A stretch of DNA of 64,000 nt, taken from assembly GCF_036321535.1 (NCBI RefSeq), contig NC_087439.1, forward strand, positions 2,852,001 through 2,916,000. Direction: 5' to 3'. The notes below the pieces were generated by a model that made no database searches, was not told the origin of the DNA, and saw only the letters and a program-made list of their open reading frames with translations. The first letter of the stretch is position 1. Every line of letters begins with the position of its first letter. The DNA is from Camelus dromedarius. Taxonomy: Eukaryota. A program made the translations under genes and the position numbers. Of the stretch, positions 25,058-37,177 are shown in pieces.

Positions 25058-25190
25058 GTGGGCACTGCTGCAGGAAGCAGTCTCAAGTTTCCACCCCGTG
25101 GCCCTTGCACTTGGCGCCCTGTACGAAGGCCCACTGTACTCCCGTGTGCCCTGCTGCCACCCGGGGAGCAGCTGGTGGAGCACGGGCTCC
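25058..25190 (-). pseudogene. ADGRB1: ADGRB1-derived thrombospondin repeat 4 exon, 3' part (disabled)
   Basis: SPCSTSCSP[fs]WQQGTREYSGPSYR[fs][18 protein letters not shown] vs parent [44 protein letters not shown]; donor destroyed (cccac|gg). Confidence 0.88.
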
Positions 25191-28100
25191 GACCTGTCCT
25201 TCAGGGGAGGACCCCTCCCAAGCACAGATCTGGGACACAGCAGCCCGGCGGTCAGGAGGCGAGTGTGGGCCGAGAGGGGATTAGCAGTGGGGTGTGATGC
25301 AGAGGCCGGCTGGGCAGGGAGGGGCAGAGGTGCCGGGGAAGTTGGGGTCCGGTGCCCACCCCACTTCCCCCTGGAGGCTCGGTGCCCTCCAGCACTGTCT
25401 ACAGGCAGCTGGGCCAGGGTCTCCACTGGCTTTGCGTCCAGGTCCCCAGTGTGGGGGCTGGAAACAGAGCTGGAGCCCCAACTAGGTCTAAAGAGTGAAT
25501 GAATGAATGAATGAAGGAAAGACACCCCACCCATCCCAGTGCTGCCTTACACAACAGGGTGATGGGGAGATGGGGTTGAGGATGGTGCTCGGGCTCTGTT
25601 TCCTGGGCACAGGTCCTCGCACCCTGCTGCCCCCTCCCTGTGGTCCTCGGTCCAGTTTCCTCTGAGCATCAGTCTCCTCCTCATCCCGCTCCTGCCCCAG
25701 CCATGACCTGTGTGCTCATTCTCCCACGCCCCCCAGGGACAGTATGAGTGATCAAGGTCTCACAGCTGCTGGCTGAGCACCAGGCCGAGCCTCCCCGACA
25801 CCCAGCAGACTGGCTGCTGAGGGCCTCCAGGCCCCTCCGGCCACCCTCCTTCAGCCCTCTCCTGGGTCTTCTCTATCCTGGCCCTCTCCCCTCGGCAGTC
25901 ATGACTTCATGCCCCCAAAGACCTGAGCCCCTTAGTAGCCCCAGTGCCACGGGGGACACGATGAGGGACAGCTTCTAAACACCGGGGAGCCATTGAGGAG
26001 TGAGGAGTGGAGAGGCCTCACATCTGGGGCCAGCACTCCAGGCCATGCTGATGGGCTCGGGAAGAGGCTGCTTCACCCAGGCTTTCTCTCCGAAGGCCAC
26101 ACTTAAGGTTCCCAGATCACTCCCTCTTCAAGGGACCCTGGTGCCATTATCCTATTTATTCTCAGAATCGCCCTGAGGCCTCTGCCCTACCAGCAAAGCA
26201 GGGTTAGGGTGAACTCAACAAGGGCACGCAGCCTCACCAAGCACCTACTGTGGGCCAGGTTCAGGCCGGGCCAGGCACCCAGCATATGCTGACATGGCAC
26301 CCACGTACCAGGAACCAAGGAGACGGCACTGCCAAGGCCCAGCTCTAGGACCCAAGCTACACCTCGGCCACTGCCCCATGCCACCTACCCCACTGGGACT
26401 GGAGCAGGGGAGCTGGGCTGCCTGAGGGCAGGTCACACCTGGCCTGGCAAGAGGGTCCCCAACGCCACTTGGAGCCTGGCTTCTCTGTGGTCCTGGGGAG
26501 CAGACCCACCTCCTGGGGTGAGAATGAGGATGGCACAGATCCCAGAGGGTGGGCTCTGAAGCCAAAGGGCCAGGTTCACATGGTGGCCCCGCCACCCACC
26601 ATCATGGGCCCATCAAGTACATCCCATCCCAGCCTCACACCCGTCATCTGAGGATGGACTGATGCCTGAAATAGTGGGAATGACAGATGCGGGCACGCTG
26701 CTGGGATCAGAGTTGATCCCAGGGAACACACTTTGATGGCCAGCAGGTGCAGTGTCCAGGTGCTCTCCTCTGGAGAGGTCTGCTGGACAGGTGCAGAGTC
26801 CCCTCCCAGCAGTCCCCATGCCTGTGCTGGGAACTGACCATCAAGGGGGGCCTGATGAATGAACTGGTCACTAAGAAGGGACACCCCTAACTCCCCCAAT
26901 TTGGAAGGCGGGGCTCCTTCTCCCTGCTGAGTTATGTGGCAACCGAGAACTCCACACCCCCCCATGCCCTTGCAGAAACTTCTCCTCTCCTCTCACAGAG
27001 CCCACCCTCCCACGGGTCCCACTTTCCCCTGAACCCAGAGGCAGAGCCCCTCTGCCAGACAAGGGACGGGTAGAAGGGGTGGCTCCAACCTTACTGGGGT
27101 GGGCGTGCACCGTGCTTGAACCCTGAGCTCCCAGCTGTGCAGCAGAGGCCCAAGGAGGACTTGCCAGGGAGGGCTGCGGGCGGGGGCAGGGCTGAGCTCT
27201 GCATGGACCCTGACTCTGGGGGGCCAAGGGCCTGGTTCTGAGCCCCATCCTGGGTCTGAGCACGATGCCTTGTGATCCCACAAGGGAGGCCTCTCTGCTC
27301 TCATTGTTCAGATGGGAAGATGTGAGCCTGTCCACGTGAAGCAATGCCCTGCCTCCCCCATTGAGGACGGGGCCGAGAGGGATGGGGCTCCACACTCTTC
27401 AAAGAAGGTTGCTCCCACCAAGGTTGGCTCTCTGGGGAGCAACCTGGGTAAGGGAGTCCTGCCTCCCCCCTGCCCCTGCTCCGTGCTGGTCACCGCAGTA
27501 CACAGAAGCCTTGAGTCTCAGACCATCCAGGAACCAAATGTTCACTCCACGTACAGCAGAGACAACTGAGGCTCAAAGAAACGTGGTCCAGACAGCCAGG
27601 AGGGTCTGCCCTGGAGACGGTGTGGAGGCCCAAGTCTCAGAAGACAGGTGAAGCCAAGGTCTCAAGGATACTGCACAAACAGGACTTCACCCTGAACTGG
27701 GAATGCTGTGGAAGGACCCTGGGGGCCAGGGGCAGGAGAAGGGGAACAGACCAGGGCCTGGAGGAAGGCAGGGAGCCCCAGGACTGCCTCCATGCCCTCG
27801 GGACAGGGTAGGGGAGCGGCTCTGAAGGTATGAGAGCCGAGGCTACCCAGACATCAGGCATTCATCACTGCCACTTCGCTTAGGGGACCTCAACAGCCTA
27901 TGACCACGCCTATTTGGGAGATGCAGAGGCGCCAAGTTATCCACCAGGCTGACAAGGAGAGGAGCTGGGATCAAACCCAGGATCATATTCCAAGTGCTCT
28001 GCTCACTGGCCCCCAGACTAAGGCTGCCTGCCAAAACTGACCACAGGGCCCCCCGCCTGGCACTCTACACCTCAGTGGTCTCCCTGCTGAGCCATCCCAC

Positions 28101-28489
28101 CCCATCACACTGAGATAAAGGGACAGAAGCCTGGGATCCAGGAGACAGGACTGGAAGCATGGCCAGGGTGGGCACGTCCTGCCCATCCCCCTTTTGCTGT
28201 CCCAGCCCAGGTCCCAACTGGTAGCCTGAGTGACGAGGAAACTGACAATGAGTGGGAGAGAGAGGATGCCCCTTGGTTCCAAGGCAACTGCTGCAGCACT
28301 CAGTCTTTCAGGATAGACTCAGGTTAGGCCTCAGCTGCTAAAACACCTATTATTTTGGGGCTGGTTACCTTGGTAACTCAGGTGGTGAGGATGTGGTGGG
28401 AGGAGGGGGCGCAGAGGAGGGGTCAGATCAGGATAGGCCAGGCAAGGGGCCAGTGGCTCACAGGACAGACTGACCCCCCAAGCCTAGAC

Positions 28490-28755
28490 ATGACCCTGGT
28501 CACACACTGAGCCTTGATCTTCATCACAGACTGACTTCTGATCCTAGACACAGGGTGCTTGGCCCCAATAACACACAAGCCCTGATCCTGGTCACAGACC
28601 ACCCCCCGACCTTGGCTGCACTTCCACCACAGAGGGACACTCAACTACTGGTGGATGCTCTGCATCACGTATGGAGCCCTGATCCCAGAAACAGACTGCC
28701 CACGACCTTGGCCGTGCTCCCATCACGGAGGGACACTCAGCGAGTGGTGGCTGCT
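28490..28755. repeat. Degenerate tandem repeat (short ccctgatcctggtcacagac-like units plus a 97-bp-period duplication)
   Basis: 28580-28659 and 28677-28755 align (ccctgatcc..cgaccttggc..gagggacactca..tggtgg.tgct); similar ~20-25 bp units upstream. Confidence 0.7.
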
Positions 28756-31700
28756 AGTTTTGTTGTCATTGTTACATCTTTAACGTGTGTCCCACTCACA
28801 ACTGACACTTGACAAATGTTATTCAGACTACTGCATCCACAATGGGGGACTGTCCACAAGGACTCCTGAGGTCCGCAGTGCTGGGCGAGGCTCTCAAGAC
28901 CCCCTTTGCTGGGTGGCCACAGGGCTCCTGGGCTGGGTGGGCTATTAGGGGGCAGCAGAGGAGTGGGCAAGGCTGGGGGTTGGGCTGCCCCTCCAGGCCC
29001 AGACAGAAGCAGCCATTCTTCCCTGGCTCAATGCCCCCTCTGTCTGTAAGCCTCGTTTCTGTCTCACTACTGGATTAACAGAGCCAATTAATGGTGGCCA
29101 GGTAGCCTTGGCCACCTAGGAGAGAGGGCACATGGTGAGGGGGCTCCCAGCCTCCTTCCCACCCTGATGGCCCAGCCTGGAGGCTGTGGCCTCCCTGGCC
29201 CGTGGCCCCAGTCAGCCGGGATGAGGGCCCTGCGAGAGGCCTGCATCCTGCTAGGCCTTCCTGCTTCCTGGGCAGAGCTCTCCTCAGCCCAGCAGGTGGG
29301 GCAGCAGAGGCAATGGGTCAGCCCCTGTCCATTCCTACCCTGCTCTCGCCTACCAGGCTGGTTCCCCAGGCATCCAGGGCGTGGTCCAGAGCCTCTGAAG
29401 TTAGGGCCTGTCCTGGGGCAAAGGGACTCCTCCTCAGCCCCACGCATGGATGTGCAAATGAGGACCACAGGGGACAGGACCTCTTTCTGAATTCCCCGAC
29501 ACAGTCCCCAGTACCCCCTACCCCAGCACCCATGGGTCCTGACTTGGCCCATCTGGCCAGGGGTAGGAAAATGCACAAAAGACTACCATAAGAGAGAGAG
29601 GAGCATGGAGCTGAGAGGCCAGGGGAGCGGGAGGGTAGCTGCAGAGATGCCACCAGGCAGAGACAGAGGTGGAGGACAGAGGACAATTGCTCTAGCCCAA
29701 GAAACACTTCCCAGCCAGATGCGTGATGTAGCCATGTCACATTTGGACAGGCCAGGTGGGGGCAGGCCTGAAAAAGGGCCACGTGTTGGCCTGGGCCTCC
29801 TGCTGGCTCCCAGCTGGGCTACAGATGGAGGGACTCATGTGACCCAGCCTCCCCTAACCAGGGTGAGGGGCGAAGCTCCCTAGCACAGGCTCAGCCAGCA
29901 AGAACTGGGGCCGGGCACCTGCCTGGCTCAGCTACGTGTCTTCTGAATGACTGCTGGACCTCTTTAGTCTGCGTGCCACCCCACCCTGACGTACATGTGC
30001 ACACACACACTCCTCCTACCAGTAAAGTGCAGTGCAGGAGACACCACGGGCGGGACAACCAGGGGACAAGAGCTGGTTCTGCCCTCTGTCTCCCCTTTAC
30101 AAGCTGTGTGACCCTGGCTGCTGCCTTAACATCTCTGTGCCTCATTCCACTACATAAGCATTAATTCAGGGCCTCCTGCGTGCCGGGTTTCATCAGCCAG
30201 CAGGGCAAACTCCTCTGCCTTGTTGGGGGCTACATCGTGGCAGGATAGAGAATAAGGGCACAGGAATTACCCAGTGTTCACAGGCGATGCCATGTGGGAG
30301 GAGAAAGAGACAGGGTGCAGTGAGAGCGTGGCTGGGGCTGCTGCCACTTGAAGCAGCACGGTCAGGGGGTCAGGATGGCCAGGGCACGACAAGCTGAGGG
30401 AAGGGGCCCTGTGGGTGTGCGGGTAAGTGTGTTCCAGCCCAGGGAATAGCCTGTGCAAAGGCCCTGCGCAAGGGGCCGCCTCGCTGAGGAGACATCCCCG
30501 GGCTGCTGGAGGAGTAAACTGATTGACAGGTGGTGCTTCCTGCACAAAGGAGACACTCAGATGTGGCTGCTGTCACCACCACCAAGATCTTTACTTCAAG
30601 GTCTCAGAGCATCAAGGCCTTCGGAGTCCCGGGCACTCACATGGGGTCTGAGCTGCCTCTGGGCCGAGTGACCGTGTCCTGTCCTGCAGCCGAGCTCCCC
30701 ACTTTACATCGTGGCAGCCCCAGCCCACAGGCCCTGCAAGCCATCTTCCCCCAAGGCCCCCAGCCCTGCCACACAGCCTCAACACGCGCTTTGTCACAAC
30801 TGCTGAAAGCGGCCTACACACACACTCACACATGGTGGATGCGAGTACCTCCCACGCTCACACACAAGCACAAAAGAACGCAATGCACACACGTACCTAC
30901 TGACATGCTGGAAGGGGGCAGGCATGATCATGTGCACACACGTGCCCCATGCACTGAACACATGCACACACACCCCTTGTACACACTCCACCCTGAAGGA
31001 AGGAGAAAAGCTGCCCCAGCCAAGGTGGCAGTGACCTCCACCTTGCCCAGCCCAAAGATCTGCCCTCAGGCCTCCCACCCCAGTGCTGGGGACCCTGATA
31101 CACGGATGCAAGATTGAGATTTTCTGATGTTTCCTGGATGCCACACTTGCACCCTCTTCCCGGGGTTTTGGCCACCTCTTTTCTCCTTTTCTGATCCTCT
31201 CCAGCACCACGCTGGTTCAACACGTTTCTCACCTAGGGTACTCTGACTGGGGCCGTGAATACAAACAGGTCCAGGATAACCAACCTCCTTTGTAACTTCA
31301 CTTAGCTTATTCTGTGCCTCTACAGATGCTATTCTGTGGGATCCATGAGTGCCACTGGCTCAGGAGAGGCCAAGGGCCCTGGACCACATCACCTGGTCCC
31401 GTGATGACCTGCTGGCAGGAAAGCCCAGCCCAGACTGGCCCCTGCTGCCCTCCCAGCCCTGGCTAAGGCCCCAGCCTCCCTTAACATCCTGCACTTCCTT
31501 CAAATGGGGGCTCCCCTCCCAAGTGTCTGCAGGGTTCCCTACCTGCCCTGCTGCCATGGAGGCCCACCCGGGGTCCCAGTTCACAGATCATGCCCTCCTG
31601 GACAGGTGCCCCACTTACCAAGGAAACCAAACGGCTAAGAAGGTGGACTGTGCCCCCACCCCTCCTTGCTGGGACTAGAAATTATTTTTATCTGTGCAAG

Positions 31701-32449
31701 ATTCATATTCTTGCTCTTTCCCAGGAGTATTTCATTAATAATAAACATTTACTAGAATTTTTGTACATATTCATTGTAGAATCACAGATTTTTTTTAAAA
31801 GAAAAATCTTCACATGTAATGCAAATGCCCAGAACTAAATTTTCATCACATCTGTGTACATATTTTTGGCTAAGACCATAGCCTTCTTGTGTTTGTATGT
31901 AATAAAACTGATTTTTTCTTTTTTTCAATGATCTTCAAAAGGACATCTCTGCAGGTCAACATACATCTATTATCTATGCCACCTTCAATGGTCAAATATC
32001 ACTCCATACCAAAAAAGTCCTTTGTGAGTTTTCCTTTATACATTGCTGTTTTAGGTAGTCTTGAGAAAAACAAATTGTATGTTACTTATCTCTAATTTAT
32101 CTCTAATTATTTACCTCTAAATAGTATAAACAGCATTGGCGTATAAAGGGAATACACACTTTTTAATGGGGGACTTACCAGCAAATCATCTCTCTGAAAA
32201 CTCAAAAGCAACTGAAACTTGAATCAACAATACACGTACCATTGGTCTTCATCCTGACGAATTTTGTGAAGGGACAATGGTATTTCATTTAAGTTCCTTT
32301 TCTGACCAGAGATGCTAAATATTTTTCCCTGTATCCATTGGTCACTTACAGATACGAAAAAAAGGACTCTGCCCAACTTCAAATTAGAAGTTTTGCTTGT
32401 TGCTTTCAAAGACTTGTCAGTAAAAATGAAGACTTCTTTTGTCTGATAC

Positions 32450-32900
32450 ACACTGTAAATCTTTTAAAACACTGTCTTTTATTTTGTTAATCTTATTTTC
32501 TGATCTACAGGGTTTTAATTTTTTTATGTTGTTAAGTCAACCTCCAGATTCTTGCTTTTCAAGTCCTTCTTTGGAATGTCTTTGTCAGCATAAAAAATGT
32601 ATAAATAGGAGTTTTATGTTTTCTTCTGGTACTTCTCTCACTTTGTATATTTAAAAATTTTAATCTATACATCAGAAAATTATTTTTGTGAGGTAAAAAT
32701 CTGGCTACTTTTCTCTAAATAGATTATTTTTCCACCATTTATGAATAACTTATCCTTATATGAAATTTCATCAGTGACAAGTCCTAAAGTCCTACATATA
32801 CTTGGGTGTTTGGGCATTTTCTGTTCCGTTCATTTATCTGTTTTTTCAGTTGTTGGTAAATGAATAATTTGTGGAAATTTAGAGCACATTCTGATATCTA
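32450..32900 (-). mobile_element. Old L1 (L1M-type) ORF2-region fragment
   Basis: ttttccaccatttatgaataac..cctacatatacttgggtg..ttctgttccgttcatttatctg matches reverse L1 ORF2. Confidence 0.55.
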
Positions 32901-34238
32901 GAAGGGCAAAGCTCTGTCTTTGTCTACTACACAGAAATTTGAATTTTATCACAAGAATTAAAAACAGCATGTGTAACTCAAAATTTTTAAAAACCATGAT
33001 AATGTTTACTTGGTTTATGTAAAACTGAATAAACATGGGAAGACCACACATTTTTAAAAAATGAGTCCACCTATTCAAGAACACAGCCATCTCCCCACTT
33101 GAAAGTTGTCCTCTAAGGCCCTTCAGTAAAGAACACATGTACAAACGTGTACACTGATTTAAAACGGATCTTGAATTTTATCCCAAGAATTTTTATCCCA
33201 GAGGCTCATCTATCACGGGAATTATTTTTCTCATTACACACTTTCCTATATATAAAAGTGTACATTCAAAATAAGATGCCATTTTATGTTTATGTTTAAT
33301 TTGGTTTCTGTTATTACTGATATGCAGTTAAATCACTTAAAAACTGTCAGGAAAGTGCTAAGGGGAACTATGAGCGGGTTCAAAACCAGTTAAAGCTTTA
33401 GTTGCCTATAAAGTCGGCTGGGCACTGGACCCCACGTTGGTTTCCAGCAGCCCCAGAGGGAAGCTGCCAGGTGGCTGGGCCCCCAGCTCCTCCCAGGCCC
33501 GCCCCGCCCTGTCCCCAACGCCTGTAGCCTGTTCTTTTTATCTGGTTCGCCCAGGCCGTTTTTTTCTTAGCAAGAGAATATGCTGGGTCTTTCAGATGTT
33601 TCCTAAGCTGGCAGCTACGTGGATCTTTTTCATATCTTTTGTTCAGATGCGATATCCAGGCTGGGAGTTCCTGCGGTCTCTCTGAGGGCTAATGGAAGAA
33701 GAGCCCACAGGTGGCTCACAGTTCTGACAGCAAAAACAAAAAAACCTACTCATTTTTGGGCCTATGGGCTCAACACATTTCTACCACTAGGCTTTCCGCC
33801 ACCACTGGGGTCTGGCTGGGAAGCTGTGTCTGCTGGACTCTATCAGTACACAGTAATCATGGCCTAGCAACGCCGCTCATCACAGTGCCCGTGTGCCTCG
33901 GAACCCCGAGCCACTGCCCCGCGCGCAGAGGCCCTGTGGCCCAGCATGCCCTGCCCGCACGTGCAAGCCCCAGGCGTCTCAAATCTCTGCCATTGCTTTT
34001 GGGCCACACTGGATTCCTTTCAAATGTTGGTGCTAGTTGACTGGATGGTTCAGGACATTTGCAGAATTTAGACTCACCCCTGAGAAAGACATGTTTGCAT
34101 GCAACTGGGCACAGAGTGGCGTGGAGCTTCAGGATGCTGAAGGCCTCATTCCCCAGAGAGCTCCCCCCTAAAATTCTCTAAATCTAATCCCTCAGTTTAT
34201 TCCTGTTGTCGCCTGAAATAGTCACACAACATGAGAGT

Positions 34239-35534
34239 TGTGGCTTAAGTTATATTGGCGGCAAAATGTTTGGATATCTGTGTATTTTTTTTTTGATAGC
34301 AGGAGTGAAGAGATTTTCTTAGGCTGTAAGTTTGTAACAGGAGAAAGAGCAGACAGTTTCTGGCAGTACTTAAGGAAGGCACAAACTGGCTGGTGTAGAT
34401 TTCACCAGATGTAATACTGAAGAACAGCAAGCAGATGAAAAAAAATCAAGTAAAATGCAAACACAGAAGGAACAGGGGAACAAAGAGGATTGAGGAGAAC
34501 GTCTGAAACTGCAGAATAATTCTGTTTCTGGCCAGGCCAAAGGGGAGACCCAGAGCCTAAGTCGCGCAATAAAGAAATCCCATGTCTTCCAGAAATGGGC
34601 TTGTACTGTGCCCCTACTGTGCTAATCAGTGGCTAGGAGCAGTTGTGGGCAACATGGTCATAGTACAGACACAGAAGTGGATCCAGGACAGCTGCTGGGG
34701 CATAGTAATGTGTCCCAAATGGGCTCCCGGGTTTGCCCAGGGGGATTCCTGGGACACAGGACTATCAGTGATAAAACCAAGACAGTCCTGGGGAAACTGG
34801 CATGGTTAGTTCCCCTCTCCCTAACACTGCAGACCTGGTCTGAGCACTTTCTTGCCCGTCATACCCCTCATCTCTGTGGCCCCTCTTAGGATCATTTCTA
34901 CTTATCATGGCAGCTTACAGCTGGAAAATTTGGCTGGAAAGTGGTTTTGTTTCAATGGCATTTTGAGGGGAAAAGGCAGAATGGAGGGGGCTAAAGACAG
35001 AAGAGATGTGAAGAAATGGAAAATGCAGCTCCAACCCTGGGAGGAGGGGAGAGACAGGGCAGCAATGGAAGCAGGCATGAAGGTCAAGGGAGGGCTGCTT
35101 CCTTTAGTGACAGAAATGTTGAAACAGAGTGAAGCTGCCCTCAAAGAGCAGAAGGTTAAAAATACCAAACAGAAGCAGTCGAGACACAGGCGAGAGGGCA
35201 AGTGGGACTAGGAGTCTCCAGACAAGACTGAAGCCAAGACCAAAGTGGAAGGATCAGCCTGATGGGAGCGGAGGTAGATGTGCTTTCCTTAGACAGACAC
35301 AAGGCAGCGACAGCCACTGTCAGCAGCATCACCTCCATCTTCCCAGGACGCAGGATTTACAGAATAGGTCTGTGCCGATTCCCAGAAGCTGATAAAAGAC
35401 CTTGCCTGTCAAAACATTCCCTGAACCTGTTGCAAAGTTGTTCATTACACCTGCAATAAAAGCAGACCCTCCTGAAACTTACTGGTAGGCTCAGAACTCA
35501 TGAAAGCTGGGGTGGAGGAGGAATGTTTTCCACA
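34239..35534 (+). mobile_element. Long old LTR-like element (~1.3 kb, LTR78-like)
   Basis: TG...CA ends, purine-rich body, AATAAA about 80 bp before the 3' end; family assignment from memory only. Confidence 0.4.
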
Positions 35535-35716
35535 GGCCTCTGGGGAAAAGTCCTCCACTGTGCGGGGTCAGGAGTGACTCATCTAAATTCACACAGAAGA
35601 TCTCGCTGCACTGGGACAGAATCACCTCACTTTGCCACCACAGCAGACTTTATCCCTGGGCAACTGAAGCCTGAAGGAAGGAGCTTTAATAGGAAGGAAG
35701 TACCCAGAATGGACTA

Positions 35717-36218
35717 CAGGCCGACCTCGTTCTACTGCGCTTTGCTTTATTGTGCTTCACAGACACTTCTATTTTTTTATCAATTGAAGATCTGTGGCAA
35801 CCCTGCAAGGGAGAAGTCTATCAGCACCATTTTTTTCCAACAGCATTTGCTCACTTTGTGTCTTTGTGATACATTCTGGTAACTGCCACAGTATTTCAAG
35901 CTTTTTCATTATTATTACATCCGTTATAGTGATTTGTGATCAGCAATCTTTGGTTGTTGCTATTGCAAAAAAAAATTATGACTCACTAAATGCGCAAATG
36001 ATGGTAGCATTTTTTAGTAATAAAGTGTTTTTTAATCAAAGAGGAACATAGGTATTTTTTTAGACATAATGCCACCACACACTGAATAGACTACAGTACA
36101 GTATAAACATAATTTCTATATGCCCTGGGAAACCAAAACCTCATGTGACTTACTTTATTACAACATTTGCTTTACATGGATGGTCTGAAACTCAACGAAC
36201 GATCTCCAAGGTAGCTTG
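35717..36218 (+). mobile_element. Tigger1 internal-deletion derivative (TcMar)
   Basis: TA then caggccgacctcgttctactgcgctttgctttattg (left end) joined to atgactcact..gggaaaccaaaa..gatctccaaggtagcttg (right end). Confidence 0.9.
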
Positions 36219-36436
36219 CATTATCAGTAACTAGGCAGATCTGAGAACTTTAAGTGACAACACGGAAACTACAGCAGACAAACCAAACACTAAGATGGTC
36301 TTTCTGATATGTCAATTTCACTAAGCTGAAGTCCCTAATCACTTAAACACTAATCAAAGTCTTTAACTTTACAAATAAAGTCTGAAACTAAATAAATTTC
36401 AGAAACCAAAGCAGGTATCGACACACAAAAAAAGTC

Positions 36437-37177
36437 GCACTACATACAATAGCCAAGACATGGAGGCACCCTAAATGTCCACTGACAGATGACTAAAGAA
36501 GTTGTGGTATACTTATACAATGAAATATTACTCAGTGATAAAAATGAATAAAATAACGCCAGGTGCAGCAACATGGATCTGTCTGGGGATCATCATTCTC
36601 AGTGAAGTAAGCCAGAAAGAGAAAGAAAAATACCATATAATATCACTTATATGTAGAATCTAAAAAAAAGAAGATGAGCAAGAAAGAAAGAAAAAAGAGA
36701 GCACTAATGAGCTCATCTACAAAACAGAAACAGACTTGCAGATGTAGTAAACAATCTTATGGTTACCGGGGAGAGGGGGTGCAAAGGGATAAATTCGGGA
36801 GTTTGAGATTTGCAAATGTTAACCACCATATATAAAAATAGATTAAAAAATGGGGTAGAGCACATGCTTAGCATACACAAGGTCCTGGGTTCAATCCGCA
36901 GCACCTCCTCCAAAACATTAAACAAATAAGCAAATCTAATTACCGCCCCAACAAAAAAAACTTTTTAAATAAATAAATTTGAAAAATAGATTAAAAAACA
37001 AATTTCTTCTGTATAGCATACAGAACTATATTCAGTATTTTGTAATAACCTTTAATGAAAAAGAACATGAAAATAAATATATGTATATATATGCATGACT
37101 GGGACGTTAGGCTATACACCAGAAATTGACACATTATAACTGCCTATACTTCAGTTAAAAATAAATAAGTAAATAAA
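36437..37177 (+). mobile_element. L1 3' end, camelid-type, interrupted by a SINE
   Basis: acaatagccaagacatgg..cagtgaagtaagccagaaagagaaagaaaaataccatat..tacaccagaaattgacacattataactg + A-rich tail. Confidence 0.9.
36851..36981 (+). mobile_element. Vic-1-type tRNA-derived SINE, 5'-truncated
   Basis: ggtagagcacatgcttagcatacacaaggtcctgggttcaatcc + A-rich tail; 17-bp TSD aaaaatagattaaaaaa at 36834-36850 and 36982-36998. Confidence 0.9.

Larger units (their letters stand above)
22219..25190 (-). pseudogene. ADGRB1: Partial unprocessed pseudogene of adhesion GPCR B1 (BAI1)
   Basis: Six exon remnants in parental order, each matching recalled human ADGRB1 peptide (e.g. [29 protein letters not shown] vs [29 protein letters not shown]); introns present; four in-frame stops, several frameshifts, two broken splice sites. 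Confidence 0.92.
11196..31678. other. GC-rich block (~20.5 kb), probable segmental duplication carrying the ADGRB1 fragment
   Basis: Abrupt AT-rich to GC-rich switch at ~11200 and back at ~31680 (judged by eye); ACTAG at both switches; contains the ADGRB1 exon remnants. Confidence 0.5.

Noticed and set aside
22219-25190. Functional secreted BAI1-like TSR/HormR decoy protein
   Set aside because: No signal-peptide exon found; stops and frameshifts in both TSR exons and in the exon after HormR.
27100-27170. Weak resemblance to the TSR3 exon (LCS..G.GF..R.R)
   Set aside because: Much lower similarity than the accepted exons and no flanking match.
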